A stretch of DNA of 64,000 nucleotides from Candidatus Woykebacteria bacterium. Lineage in GTDB: Bacteria > Patescibacteriota > Microgenomatia > Woykebacterales > RBG-16-39-9b. This document shows positions 1 to 9,751 of the stretch, one piece after another. The DNA is taken from NCBI GenBank assembly GCA_040876345.1, contig JBBDPM010000001.1, positions 116,688 through 180,687 of the forward strand. The letters are read 5' to 3'. Numbering within the stretch: the stretch's first letter is position 1; the number at the start of each line of letters is the position of its first letter. The notes under the pieces were generated by a model, which searched no databases, was not told the origin of the DNA, and was given only the letters and a program-made list of their open reading frames with translations. Made by a program: the position numbers and the translations under genes.

Positions 1-1337
1 GGTCGAACGTTGACATCTACGGCTGGGTAAATACCCGCAGAGACCACGGTAAGATAATTTTTCTTGATGTGCGAGACTCATCTGGTATAGTTCAAGTTGT
101 GGTAACTCCAAAAAGCGAAGAGGCTTATAAAGTTGCTAATGGTCTTGGCTCAGAAGATGTCGTCCACATCACTGGTAAAGTATCCGATAGACCAAAGGAA
201 AACGTGAATCCAGATCTTCCCACAGGTACAGTTGAAATCTCATCAGATAAAATCGAACTAGTCTCTAAATCTAAGGAACTACCAATACCAATCGATGGTG
301 AGGGGTACGATATTGAGGAACTTATTCGCTACAAATATCGCTATATGGATCTTCGCCGAGCCCGCCTTCAGAAAAACCTCAGGCTTCGTCATAAGATAGT
401 AAATCTAGTTCACGAGTTTTTAGATGAGAAAGATTTTGTTGAGATTGAGACGCCTTACCTATCAAAAACTACTCCGGAAGGATCAAGAGATTTTTTAGTT
501 CCAAGCCGGCTTCAAAAAGGCAAGTTTTACGCTTTGACACAGTCCCCGCAACAATATAAGCAACTTTTGCAAATTGCGGGCTTTGAGCGTTACTACCAAA
601 TCGCTAGGGCTTTCAGAGATGAGGATTTGCGAGCCGATAGACAGTTTGAACACACTCAAATTGATTTGGAAATGGCTTTTGTGGATAGAGAGGATGTAAT
701 GAAGCTTGTGGAAGAGATGATTGTTTTCGTGGCCAAAGGGGTCGGAAAGAAAATCGAAAGGACACCCTTCCCCAACCTTTCCTTTCAGGAGGCTAAAGAC
801 AAATATGATACAGATCGCCCTCATTTGGGCGGTGAGGAGGGGTCGTTATCTTTTCTTTGGGTGATCGACTTTCCACTCTTCGATAAAACCCCTGAGGGCA
901 AATACACTTTTGCCCACAATCCGTTCGCCTCGCCAAAATCAGAAGAGGTTGAAGATCTAATGAAAAATAAAAACCTAGACATCCTCAAATCTCTCCAATA
1001 CGATATTGTTTGTAATGGCGAAGAGGTGGGTGGTGGAAGTATCCGTATTAAGGACCCAGAGGTCCAGCGCCAGATTTTTCGGGTGATGGGCTATTCTGAC
1101 CCTCATATTGAGAAAGAGTTTGGTCACCTGCTTTCAGCTTACGAATACGGGGCCCCATTTCACGGTGGAATTGCAATTGGCCTGGATCGCTTGGCTGCTC
1201 TTTTTGCCGGTGAGGAAAATATACGTGAAGTAATTGCTTTTCCGGTTGCATCTTCTGGTCAGACCTCAGTGATGGATGCGCCAAGTGAGGCGGATGAAAA
1301 GCAATTGAAGGAAGTTGGCTTGAAGATTAAGGACTAG
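1..1337 (+). CDS. aspS: Aspartyl-tRNA synthetase (5' end outside the window)
   Basis: The reading frame is open from nucleotide 1 (..VDIYGWVNTRRDHGKIIFLDVRDSSGIVQVV), matching the AspRS anticodon-binding region. Class II core motifs are present (FRDEDLRADRQ, GGGSIRI, GLDRL). Confidence 0.9.
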   Translation, partial: SNVDIYGWVNTRRDHGKIIFLDVRDSSGIVQVVVTPKSEEAYKVANGLGSEDVVHITGKVSDRPKENVNPDLPTGTVEISSDKIELVSKSKELPIPIDGEGYDIEELIRYKYRYMDLRRARLQKNLRLRHKIVNLVHEFLDEKDFVEIETPYLSKTTPEGSRDFLVPSRLQKGKFYALTQSPQQYKQLLQIAGFERYYQIARAFRDEDLRADRQFEHTQIDLEMAFVDREDVMKLVEEMIVFVAKGVGKKIERTPFPNLSFQEAKDKYDTDRPHLGGEEGSLSFLWVIDFPLFDKTPEGKYTFAHNPFASPKSEEVEDLMKNKNLDILKSLQYDIVCNGEEVGGGSIRIKDPEVQRQIFRVMGYSDPHIEKEFGHLLSAYEYGAPFHGGIAIGLDRLAALFAGEENIREVIAFPVASSGQTSVMDAPSEADEKQLKEVGLKIKD

Positions 1338-2433
1338 ATGCTCTAGAGCTTATTGGCTTTTCTAAGTACTCGTCGGCAACAGCTGGTAGAAAGGCCACAA
1401 ATTCCACAGTGCTATTTTTATAACTTCCAGTCCCCTCAAGAACATAAATTGGTTCTAGATATGGTTGGTAGGCTTTAGTCTCAAAGTAGGCCAAAGAAAT
1501 ATCGGCTAGCGATATTTCTTCGAAAGAAGTTAACGCCCCTTTAATAAACGAAGCGTTGCTTTGTTGAAAGTCTCTCCAGGCATTTTCTACTCCCCGCAGA
1601 GGATAAGTTGAGGAACTGCCAAAATTTACATTCCAGTGAATAAACTCGGCTTCCAAAACGCCGCCCTCTTTAGAAAGATTTGCACCAAGAACGACTCTTA
1701 CTAATGATGTGTTAGGATTTGCTTGGAATATTTGGTATTTTTCGGCAATTGGTTTTCTAAAAAACAAAATCTCTACGGCGTTAGATTCTGAAAAACTGGT
1801 GACCTTTACCATTTTTTTACCGGTTATTTTATAAAAGTTTATTTTGGTTTTTTCTTGATCCAATTCTTCTGGTAAGGCCTTCACCCTTCTTAAAAAGGCC
1901 AAGGCTTCTCTTGTTGCGTCTTGTTCAGTAATCTTGAAAGGGCCCTTTAGTATAGAAGGGTCTTGTGATGGATCGTATTTATACAAAAACTCACCGGCAA
2001 CAATGTTTGATCGCAGCGATTTAGCCTTTAGTTTAGAGTCGGTCCATAAATAAGCTGTCTCACTAATCTTTTTTGGTGGGCTGGTAAAACCAAACAGTTT
2101 GGCTTTAGCGTTTGCTTCATCTAAAGATGTCAAAGTACCGCCTGGTCTTGGTATTTGGTAGACAGGAAGTTCGGCTGGTAAGCTGGGTAGTACCCCTTGA
2201 ATAGTATCGATTTTGAAAGAAGCTTTTTCTAAATTGGCTTTGACATTTGGAAGAGATGGGGGTGAGAGTTTTCCAAAGGCGGCTTTTGGGTTTACTTGAG
2301 GAGCGGGAAAAACGGCTCTGTACAAGCCTCTGAGACCTAGCCAAATAAGCCATAATACAAAAAGGACTACAATGGCAAGGCCAATCCAGCCTATACCCTT
2401 TCGAATTTGAGAAGAAAGTTCAAAAAGACCCAT
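1327..2433 (-). CDS. Hypothetical protein with an N-terminal membrane anchor and a large extracytoplasmic domain
   Basis: 368-aa ORF with an N-terminal TM helix (IGWIGLAIVVLFVLWLIWLGL). No motif recognised. Confidence 0.5.
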   Translation of the reverse strand: MGLFELSSQIRKGIGWIGLAIVVLFVLWLIWLGLRGLYRAVFPAPQVNPKAAFGKLSPPSLPNVKANLEKASFKIDTIQGVLPSLPAELPVYQIPRPGGTLTSLDEANAKAKLFGFTSPPKKISETAYLWTDSKLKAKSLRSNIVAGEFLYKYDPSQDPSILKGPFKITEQDATREALAFLRRVKALPEELDQEKTKINFYKITGKKMVKVTSFSESNAVEILFFRKPIAEKYQIFQANPNTSLVRVVLGANLSKEGGVLEAEFIHWNVNFGSSSTYPLRGVENAWRDFQQSNASFIKGALTSFEEISLADISLAYFETKAYQPYLEPIYVLEGTGSYKNSTVEFVAFLPAVADEYLEKPISSRASSP

Positions 2434-2487
2434 TAATGTGAGTATAGCTTCTCTCTATGATATAATTCAAGCAATCTTGGAGGTTTA

Positions 2488-3894
2488 ATGAGTGTAAGAG
2501 TTCGAATTGCTCCTTCGCCCACTGGGGAACCACATATCGGTACTGCCTATACCGCCCTTTTCAACTTCGCCTTTGCGAAGCAAGAAAAGGGTAAATTCAT
2601 TTTAAGAATTGAAGATACCGACCAAACTAGACTCGTGCAAGATGCTGAAAAAAAGATAATCGAGGCTCTGAAATGGTTGGGTTTATCTTGGGATGAAGGA
2701 CCAGATGTTGGTGGACCGCGGGGACCTTATAGACAGACTGAGAGGCTTGAAACTTACCAAGAGTATGCTAGGGAACTGGTAAATGCTGGTAAGGCATATT
2801 TTTGTGATTGCTCACCGGAGAGGTTAAAGAGGCTTCGGGATGAGCAGCAATCGAGAAAAGAAGTCCCACGCTATGATGGAAAGTGCCGCGCTCGTATTTT
2901 AAAAGAGGGGCCAAACATAGTGGCGCGGCTTTCGGTTCCAGAGGAAGGAGTGACAAGTTTTAGAGATCAGGTTCGGGGTGAAATTACGTTTCAAAATAAA
3001 GATATTGACGACACTATTATTTTAAAATCAGATAAGTTCCCTACTTACCACTTAGCTAGTGTTGTAGATGACCATATCATGGAAATTACTCACGTAATTC
3101 GAGCTGAGGAATGGCTTTCTAGCACGCCAAAACACGTTTTGCTCTATCAAGCGTTTGGTTGGGAGCTGCCTACTTTTGTCCACCTACCCCTTCTTCGCAA
3201 TCCAGATAGAAGTAAGATAAGTAAACGAAAAAATCCAATATCTCTCACCTGGTACAGGGAGCAAGGTTATTTACCAGAGGCACTACTTAATTATCTTGCA
3301 ACCATGGGTTGGTCGATGCCAGGCGATAAAGAAATATTCACTCTAGAGGAATTTATCAAGAATTTTGATTTTGGCAGAATTGATACAACCGGGCCAATTT
3401 TTGATACTCAGAAATTGGATTGGATGAACGGTGAGTACATCAGAAAAATGAGTTATGGAGAGTTAGTTCAAAGGCTCAAAGAATTCACAAAAGTTAAAAA
3501 AGAAGACATCGCTAGGGTTTTACCTTTAGTAAAAGAAAGAATGAAAAAACTCTCCGAGTTTGATGGTCTAACCAGCTTTATCTTTAAAGAAGAGATTAGT
3601 CCGGAGTTCAGTGAAATTGTTAAAAACTACGCTAATAAGGTGAAAGCAGAAGCTTTAGAGAGAGTCGTAGAAGCACTTCAAAAAACAGCGGATTGGAACA
3701 CTCATAGTATTGAAAAGGCCCTGGAATCTGCGAGAGAAAAATTAAAATGGTCAAAATCTGATCTCTATATGCTTACAAGAGTGGCCATTAGTGGGTCGAG
3801 TACCACACCACCCCTTTTTGAAACCATGGAAGCAGTTGGCAGAGACAAAGTTATTGATAGGTTAAGGGGCGGATCAAGAAGGCTTTTAAAGTGA
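2488..3894 (+). CDS. gltX: Glutamyl-tRNA synthetase
   Basis: Class I HIGH motif (PSPTGEPHIGTA) and KISKR (KMSK-type) motif. 468 aa. Confidence 0.9.
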   Translation: MSVRVRIAPSPTGEPHIGTAYTALFNFAFAKQEKGKFILRIEDTDQTRLVQDAEKKIIEALKWLGLSWDEGPDVGGPRGPYRQTERLETYQEYARELVNAGKAYFCDCSPERLKRLRDEQQSRKEVPRYDGKCRARILKEGPNIVARLSVPEEGVTSFRDQVRGEITFQNKDIDDTIILKSDKFPTYHLASVVDDHIMEITHVIRAEEWLSSTPKHVLLYQAFGWELPTFVHLPLLRNPDRSKISKRKNPISLTWYREQGYLPEALLNYLATMGWSMPGDKEIFTLEEFIKNFDFGRIDTTGPIFDTQKLDWMNGEYIRKMSYGELVQRLKEFTKVKKEDIARVLPLVKERMKKLSEFDGLTSFIFKEEISPEFSEIVKNYANKVKAEALERVVEALQKTADWNTHSIEKALESAREKLKWSKSDLYMLTRVAISGSSTTPPLFETMEAVGRDKVIDRLRGGSRRLLK

Positions 3895-4785
3895 TTTGAA
3901 ATTTTTACCAAGGAAGTCCCAGACCTCCCTTTTCCAAAGATTTGGGTGAAGTTTGTAGGTTTCGATGTGAAGACCATCCGGAAAAACTACAAATTTGCTG
4001 GTTGGGTGAGCCTCGGCTACTTTATTAGCATCGTCAATTAAAAAGAGAGGGTCGTTTTCTGCGTGAAGAAAAAGTATTGGCAGATCTGGAACTTCTTTTA
4101 CTCTCGCCAGGGGTTTTATCGGCTCAAGGTCTAGGCCATAAAGTTTTTCCGCAACGAAGAGTGCCGTTGGTGTGACAAATGTTGGTATATGCTTTTCCTG
4201 CCAAAGCCGGCGGATGAAAACAGGTTTAAATTCACTTGGCACAGAGTCAATTACTAAAGATCCTACATCCAGATCTTTTGCCGCCATCAAAGTTGAAATC
4301 GCCCCAAAAGAATTAGCAACGATTGCAATTTTTTCACTCTGAAAACCTTTAGTATTTACAAAATCCACGGCCGCTTTTACATCATTTGCCTCTTTCAAAC
4401 CATAAGTTGTTGCCCGACCGCTAGAGGATCCGTGGGCTCGAAAGTCAAATGTTAAGACAGAATATCCTTCGGAAAGTAGATCGCGAATAAGAGGAACGAA
4501 ATAATAGCCTCGGTCTTGACGGTTTTGAGTTATTCCGTGAGCAAGAATTAGCACCTTATCATTACCAGGGAAAAACCAGCCCTTTAGGGTGACGCCATCC
4601 TTAGTTTGAAAAGAAACGTCTTCATAATTTTCGGAAATTAAAGATGCCGATACGTTGTCCTTACTGGGAAAGTGTTGGTGGCTAATACCATAAGCTACGT
4701 AAAAAACTAAACCTATATAGATTAAAATTAATATTAAAATTAGAATAATAAACATCTTCTTAAGTTTTTTTAACAAACCCATCAA
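3886..4785 (-). CDS. Membrane-anchored alpha/beta hydrolase
   Basis: N-terminal TM helix (FIILILILILIYIGLVF), an HG dipeptide, and the nucleophile-elbow pentapeptide ANSFG. Confidence 0.7.
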   Translation of the reverse strand: MMGLLKKLKKMFIILILILILIYIGLVFYVAYGISHQHFPSKDNVSASLISENYEDVSFQTKDGVTLKGWFFPGNDKVLILAHGITQNRQDRGYYFVPLIRDLLSEGYSVLTFDFRAHGSSSGRATTYGLKEANDVKAAVDFVNTKGFQSEKIAIVANSFGAISTLMAAKDLDVGSLVIDSVPSEFKPVFIRRLWQEKHIPTFVTPTALFVAEKLYGLDLEPIKPLARVKEVPDLPILFLHAENDPLFLIDDANKVAEAHPTSKFVVFPDGLHIETYKLHPNLWKREVWDFLGKNFKSL

Positions 4786-4865
4786 CTTAATTATATCAGT
4801 TTTAACGTCAAACTAGTATTAACCACAATCTTGCTAGTTCGGCCAGGAACCTTTAATATGGATAT

Positions 4866-5474
4866 GTGATCAGGGCAATTATTTTTGATGCCGGGGGTGT
4901 ACTTTTTAATAGTGAGCAGTCTCTTTTTAAGAGCCCGTGTGAGTACATTTCCCAGATTACTGGTGAGAGTTTTGATAAAGTATATACAGCTTATAGACAA
5001 GCTATTGTTATTTGTGAGTCTAAGAGTGTTAGTAAAGAAGAGCTTTGGAATACAATAATGGAAAAACTTGACAGATCAATTCCATTTTCCGGTCAAGATC
5101 CAATCGCTCAAGGTTTTAAAGAATTTCAGCCTGATCAAGAAGTAGTTGATCATATTCGCAACTTGAGACCAAAGTACAAGACGGCCCTTGTCTCCAACGC
5201 CAATGCAGTTGAGTTTTCAACCCCTCAAGCGCAAGCTCTTTACAAGAGTTTTGATGTGGTGGTACTTTCGTACCAAGTTGGGGTCCGTAAGCCCCATGAG
5301 AAAATTTACGATGTGGCCTTTGAAAAATTAAGTGTTGAGCCGAAAGAAGCTGTATTTGTAGATAATGAAGCTGATAATGTCGAGGAAGCAACAAAATTGG
5401 GAATGGTCGGGATTTTATTTAAAGATGCAAAGCAGCTCGAAAAAGATCTTGAAAATGTTGGTGTTACTATTTAG
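4866..5474 (+). CDS. HAD-superfamily hydrolase
   Basis: N-terminal DxG HAD motif I (IIFDAGGVLF) and a C-terminal FVDN(E)xDN motif. Confidence 0.7.
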   Translation: MIRAIIFDAGGVLFNSEQSLFKSPCEYISQITGESFDKVYTAYRQAIVICESKSVSKEELWNTIMEKLDRSIPFSGQDPIAQGFKEFQPDQEVVDHIRNLRPKYKTALVSNANAVEFSTPQAQALYKSFDVVVLSYQVGVRKPHEKIYDVAFEKLSVEPKEAVFVDNEADNVEEATKLGMVGILFKDAKQLEKDLENVGVTI

Positions 5475-5525
5475 TTCTGTGGTAAGATTAAATTAAAGTT
5501 ATTTAATTGAAAGAAGAGGTAGTAG

Positions 5526-6485
5526 ATGGCAAAAGTTTATGTGACTAGACCAATCCCAGAGGTTGGTGTAAATACGCTGAAAGAAAAATTTGAAGTTGTG
5601 GTGAACCCAGAAAACAGAGTTTTGTCAAAAGATGAGCTAAAGCAAACGGTTGCTGGGGTGGATGCAATTCTATGTCTTTTAACCGACAAAATTGATGGGG
5701 AGGTGCTTGATGCAGCTGGCAGAGGGCTTAAAGTGGTCGCCAACTACGCCGTCGGGGTTGATAATATAGATCTTGAGGCAGCTAAACAGAGGAACGTAGT
5801 CGTGGCCAACACGCCGGGTGTTCTTACTGAGGCTGTGGCAGAACATGCAATTGCTCTACTTCTTGCTTGCGCCAAAAGCATTACGGAGGCAGATAAATTT
5901 ACCAGGGAGGGTCAATATAAACAGTGGGAGCCAAAGGGTTTTCTTGGACCGCAAGTTACCGGCAAGACTTTGGGTGTTGTTGGACTAGGACGGATTGGGT
6001 CTATGGTAGCCTCCTTTGGTCACAAAGGACTTGGCATGAACATTCTTTATTACGATGTTAAGCAAAATGCAGAGTTTGAGAATGAAGTAGACGCAAAATT
6101 TGCTTCTCTAGATGAAGTTTTGAAGCAATCTGATTTTGTCTCAATTCATGTTCCACTTTTACCGACAACAAAACACTTAATTAACGCTGAAAAATTTAGT
6201 CTGATGAAAAAAACAGCTGTCCTTGTCAATACTTCTCGGGGGCCGGTGATAGACGAGGCAGCTTTGGTGCAAGCTTTGAGAAGCAAGCAAATTTGGGCAG
6301 CGGGCCTTGATGTGTTTGAAAACGAGCCAACCCTGGCAGCCGGTCTAGCCGAGCTCTCAAACGTAATTCTCACACCTCATACTGCAAGCGCGACTTTTGA
6401 GGCAAGAGACGCCATGAGTAAAATGGCCGCCGAAAATATTATCGCTGTCTTGGAAGGTAAGACTCCCCCCAATATTGCCAAATAG
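5526..6485 (+). CDS. D-isomer-specific 2-hydroxyacid dehydrogenase (glycerate dehydrogenase / hydroxypyruvate reductase family)
   Basis: Rossmann GxGxxG motif (GVVGLGRIGSMVA) and the catalytic-domain architecture of the family. 319 aa. Confidence 0.8.
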   Translation: MAKVYVTRPIPEVGVNTLKEKFEVVVNPENRVLSKDELKQTVAGVDAILCLLTDKIDGEVLDAAGRGLKVVANYAVGVDNIDLEAAKQRNVVVANTPGVLTEAVAEHAIALLLACAKSITEADKFTREGQYKQWEPKGFLGPQVTGKTLGVVGLGRIGSMVASFGHKGLGMNILYYDVKQNAEFENEVDAKFASLDEVLKQSDFVSIHVPLLPTTKHLINAEKFSLMKKTAVLVNTSRGPVIDEAALVQALRSKQIWAAGLDVFENEPTLAAGLAELSNVILTPHTASATFEARDAMSKMAAENIIAVLEGKTPPNIAK

Positions 6486-6493
6486 TTGAGATT

Positions 6494-7312
6494 GTGAAAT
6501 GCCCGGTTTGTGGTGAAGATACAATCGAGAAAGACGGGAAAGCGTATTGCCCATCTTGTAATATTTTCCTTGGAGACGTTTCGAGTATACCGCAATTTGG
6601 TTCTAGGGCCAAGGAAGAAGAGGCCGGTAAAATTTTCCAAAAGCGGGCAAAGAAAAGCTTTCGGGCCGCTCTTTTAACAATCTTTTTAGTTCTTCTTATA
6701 GTATCCCCAATTGCAGCCTATCTTGGTCTTAATTTTACTTCTTTCGGATACAGAGAAAAAGTTTTTTATAAGTATGGATTTACGGCGGAAGCAAGTAGTT
6801 ATTTGAGAAGAAAAACAAGCATCTTCGTAGTTAATATTTCTGAAACAAGGCCTTTCGGCTTTACTCACAGCGGTTATTGGTCAAAATCGGCTGGTGGGAA
6901 TTCGATTAAATTAAACACCGCTAATGACGAAGTGGCAGTTCATGAACTGGCCCACGCTTGGTGGGACAAAATAAGTGTTGATAAAAGTTTGAAGCAAGGT
7001 TTAGTCAACGATACTATTCGGTTATCTAAGCTGAATGATAGCCGCTATAATCAAGCTGTTAAGAAAGCGGGCTTGATTGTAAGCAACTTTTGCAATTGCC
7101 TAAATCCAGCAACAGTAAATTACAAAGGAGTTGATGATCATCATTTCTATGCCTACATGGCCCAATTTACAATGGGTAACTTTAAAGACGGCCCTCACCA
7201 ATTACCAAGCTTTATGTGGAAATACTTTGATAGTATGTTTTTAGGCAAAACAAGAGTTGTTTCCTGTTACGAAACTAAAAGTTGTGGGTTTCCTGACGAC
7301 AACGATCTCTAA
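6494..7312 (+). CDS. Membrane protein with an N-terminal zinc ribbon and an HExxH motif
   Basis: GTG start. CxxC..CxxC (CPVCGEDTIEKDGKAYCPSC), one TM helix, then an extracytoplasmic domain containing HELAH. Confidence 0.5.
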   Translation: MKCPVCGEDTIEKDGKAYCPSCNIFLGDVSSIPQFGSRAKEEEAGKIFQKRAKKSFRAALLTIFLVLLIVSPIAAYLGLNFTSFGYREKVFYKYGFTAEASSYLRRKTSIFVVNISETRPFGFTHSGYWSKSAGGNSIKLNTANDEVAVHELAHAWWDKISVDKSLKQGLVNDTIRLSKLNDSRYNQAVKKAGLIVSNFCNCLNPATVNYKGVDDHHFYAYMAQFTMGNFKDGPHQLPSFMWKYFDSMFLGKTRVVSCYETKSCGFPDDNDL

Positions 7313-7329
7313 TCTTGGATTGAGACAGA

Positions 7330-7728
7330 TTAAAACACCTCAAGTGCGCTTATCGCTTCTTGGATGTGGGGTATAAACAACACTAGACCGACTATCACTG
7401 AGAAAATTGAAATGAGCAATACCGAGGCAGCCGAAACATCTTTTGCTATCTTAGCTTTAGGAAGAATTTTTTCCTGAGAAGCAAGATCCACCGCAAGTTC
7501 AATTACTGTATTCAAAAGCTCGGCTGTCAGAACCAAAGAAATAGTAAGAAAAAGTAAAACCCATTCAAATCGAGCAAAGTTAAAAATCCAAGCAAGAATG
7601 AGGACTAAAATTCCAAGTAGCGCTTGAATTCTGAAGTTTCGCCCTTCTCTTAGTGCATGAATTAGACCATCAAAAGCATATTTGAAGCTGTTAACTTGTT
7701 CTTTATCTGGGTCAACCCGCTGCTCCAT
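7330..7728 (-). CDS. dgkA: Diacylglycerol kinase / undecaprenol kinase family
   Basis: Prokaryotic DAGK signature (FKYAFDGLIHALREGRNFRIQ, ELLNTVIELAVD, AKDVSAASVL) and three TM helices. 132 aa. Confidence 0.8.
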   Translation of the reverse strand: MEQRVDPDKEQVNSFKYAFDGLIHALREGRNFRIQALLGILVLILAWIFNFARFEWVLLFLTISLVLTAELLNTVIELAVDLASQEKILPKAKIAKDVSAASVLLISIFSVIVGLVLFIPHIQEAISALEVF

Positions 7729-7785
7729 AAGTTTAAAACTAATAATATCAAATTTAATCTAGGAACGTTAGAGGATAAAGATATG

Positions 7786-8283
7786 TTATCTGGTTACACT
7801 GATGGAAGGTGCTCCACCACCAGGGTCTTCTGATAGGGGACCAGAGACAGTAACTCGATTGTTTGCAGATCTTCTAATAGTATATCCGGTATTATAATCC
7901 GTGCAGTCGGTGTATTGAAGTGTAGCATCATTTGGATCTGGATCCACGGGCATCTCGGCTAGATATCTTTGGGTTGCCCCAACTAAATCATCACAAATAT
8001 CAGCTCCAGCGTCGCTAATTACCGCAGAGGCTGTGCCGATGTTAGTGGGAATTCTGCCTTCCTCAGCGTAAAATTGGCCAACTGCATTCAATACCGCTAG
8101 GACGTCGGATCTTCTGGTGGTGTTCCTTGCCAAAATAAATTGCCTTGGCGGATTAACAGCGATCAAAACAATTGCAAGTAAGACGGCTAATATTCCGATG
8201 ACAACAAGAAGCTCGATTAGAGTGAAACCTCGCTCGCGGTTCTTTGAAGATTTATTTACTTTCTTGTGGAAGGGCAGATACAT
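7786..8283 (-). CDS. Type IV major pilin (prepilin with a class III signal peptide)
   Basis: Leader followed by G|FTLIELLVVIGILAVLLAI with Glu at +5. C-terminal Cys residues suggest a disulfide loop. It is the last gene of the pilus operon. Confidence 0.75.
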   Translation of the reverse strand: MYLPFHKKVNKSSKNRERGFTLIELLVVIGILAVLLAIVLIAVNPPRQFILARNTTRRSDVLAVLNAVGQFYAEEGRIPTNIGTASAVISDAGADICDDLVGATQRYLAEMPVDPDPNDATLQYTDCTDYNTGYTIRRSANNRVTVSGPLSEDPGGGAPSISVTR

Positions 8284-8284
8284 T

Positions 8285-9748
8285 TTACTGTTTACCTATA
8301 ATTACCTGTGCATCGGCCGAGCTGGACTCGGCAAGCGCTGCATCTATAACAACAGTATATCTAGTTGATAAATCCTTTGTCAAGAGAGGTAGATAATCTA
8401 GCTTCGATTTCTTAATTCTTATTTCAGTTTTAGTAAAGTTGTAGTTTGCAGCGTTTCCGGAAGAGATAACGTTGTAACCTTTTAGTTTTAGAAAATCAGC
8501 TGCCTCATTAGCCGACCCTGGAACACCGTTACCGTTGAGCGCTTCAACTTTCAACGATGATTTTTTTAGCACCGGTTTCGGCTCTTCCTCTTTCTTTGCA
8601 GATGAAGTTGCCTCTGGTACTTCTTTCGTGGCTGAGGCGGTAGCTGAAGGTGTTGCTGAAGGAATAGCTGAGGCAGTTGCCGGTTGGACGGATGGGGAAG
8701 CTAGAGTTTGCTTATCCCTTCCTTTTGGGGTCGAAAAAAGGCTGAAGATTTTTGGGGTGAGTAGAGCTAAGGTTATGATAATAACAACCAAAGCGGCCCA
8801 AGGCATCAAGCGGCGCAAGCTGGTTTTCGGTAGTATTGGGGTCTGAATTACTTTAGATTTGGTAGGCTCGTGCTCGTAGACTTCTCTTATGTGAAATCCG
8901 GGTATATACTTATTTAGCCCGGTTGCCAGGATCAGTCTTTTAAAGGCCGAGAAATCTCCAATTTGAGGGTTGACCTTCCCAAAAGCAACGGGGAGAAGGG
9001 AGCCAGTAAAACCTGTCTCCTTAACAATATTTAGTATTTCTTCTTCTCTTTCCCCGAATACAAAAATCTCAAAAGCACTGCCCTCTCTAAGTTTTTTAAT
9101 TTCTGCCTCTACCAGCTCCTTAATCCAGGAAGAGAGCCTCTCCTTATTAAAAACTCCGTCTTTGAAGTGTTTTGTTGTTGAAAAATAAATACCCCCATCA
9201 AATACTACCGAGAACAAAACCGAGGCTCCTTCAAGGGAAATAACAAGGGCGGGCTTGGTAGATTTCTCCAGGAAGGGAAGAAAAACGACTGGTTCTGGAA
9301 TTATTGAATTAATCTTCAATCCCAAATCCGCAAAAAGTTTTTGATAAAAACTAATTAGCTCCTGAGGAGAGGCGACAAGTTGAATGCTTTTGTTTTTTAA
9401 AAGCCGCAAGCTTGTGTAGCTTCCTTTCAGAGGATAAGGTACACTTTCCTGAACTTTTGGATCTTCAATTAAGTCCTTTTCTTTTTCGGCCTCAATAACT
9501 TTAAGGAAACTTCCCTCTTCTGCAAGTAGTATGTTGATATGATGAGATTTTGCCTCAGTCACGCTGCCGAGAAGTTGGCCAAGTTTTAACTTTACCTCAT
9601 CATAATTCTTTATCGCCCCCGACTGTATAGATCCATCATTGATTTCGACACTCCCAGAATTGATTAGATCAAATTTGCTGCCAGATTTCTCCACAATAGA
9701 GGCTTTAATCGATTTTTCATTGAAACTAAGAATTAATTCTTTAGCCAT
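8285..9748 (-). CDS. PilM-like pilus assembly protein fused to a TM segment, an Ala/Ser/Thr/Pro linker and a C-terminal LytR_C-like domain
   Basis: The N-terminus resembles actin-like PilM (LILSFNEKSIKASIVEK..). TM helix at about aa 315-335. The low-complexity linker is followed by LKVEALNGNGVPGSANEAADFLKLKGYNVISSGNA..TVVIDAAL, matching the LytR_C pattern. Confidence 0.55.
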   Translation of the reverse strand: MAKELILSFNEKSIKASIVEKSGSKFDLINSGSVEINDGSIQSGAIKNYDEVKLKLGQLLGSVTEAKSHHINILLAEEGSFLKVIEAEKEKDLIEDPKVQESVPYPLKGSYTSLRLLKNKSIQLVASPQELISFYQKLFADLGLKINSIIPEPVVFLPFLEKSTKPALVISLEGASVLFSVVFDGGIYFSTTKHFKDGVFNKERLSSWIKELVEAEIKKLREGSAFEIFVFGEREEEILNIVKETGFTGSLLPVAFGKVNPQIGDFSAFKRLILATGLNKYIPGFHIREVYEHEPTKSKVIQTPILPKTSLRRLMPWAALVVIIITLALLTPKIFSLFSTPKGRDKQTLASPSVQPATASAIPSATPSATASATKEVPEATSSAKKEEEPKPVLKKSSLKVEALNGNGVPGSANEAADFLKLKGYNVISSGNAANYNFTKTEIRIKKSKLDYLPLLTKDLSTRYTVVIDAALAESSSADAQVIIGKQ

Positions 9749-9751
9749 TTT

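Noticed and set aside
495-1284. Minus-strand ORFs (495-824, 1048-1284) inside aspS, and similar antisense ORFs inside gltX, typA, nrdJ and other long genes
   Set aside because: Each lies wholly within and antisense to a gene with strong family motifs. No SD, and composition is typical of shadow ORFs.
8535-8846. A plus-strand ORF 8535-8846 and a repetitive gct/gca-rich DNA segment
   Set aside because: It is antisense to the Ala/Ser/Thr/Pro-rich linker of the PilM-like gene. The nucleotide repetitiveness comes from that low-complexity coding region, not from a CRISPR or satellite repeat.
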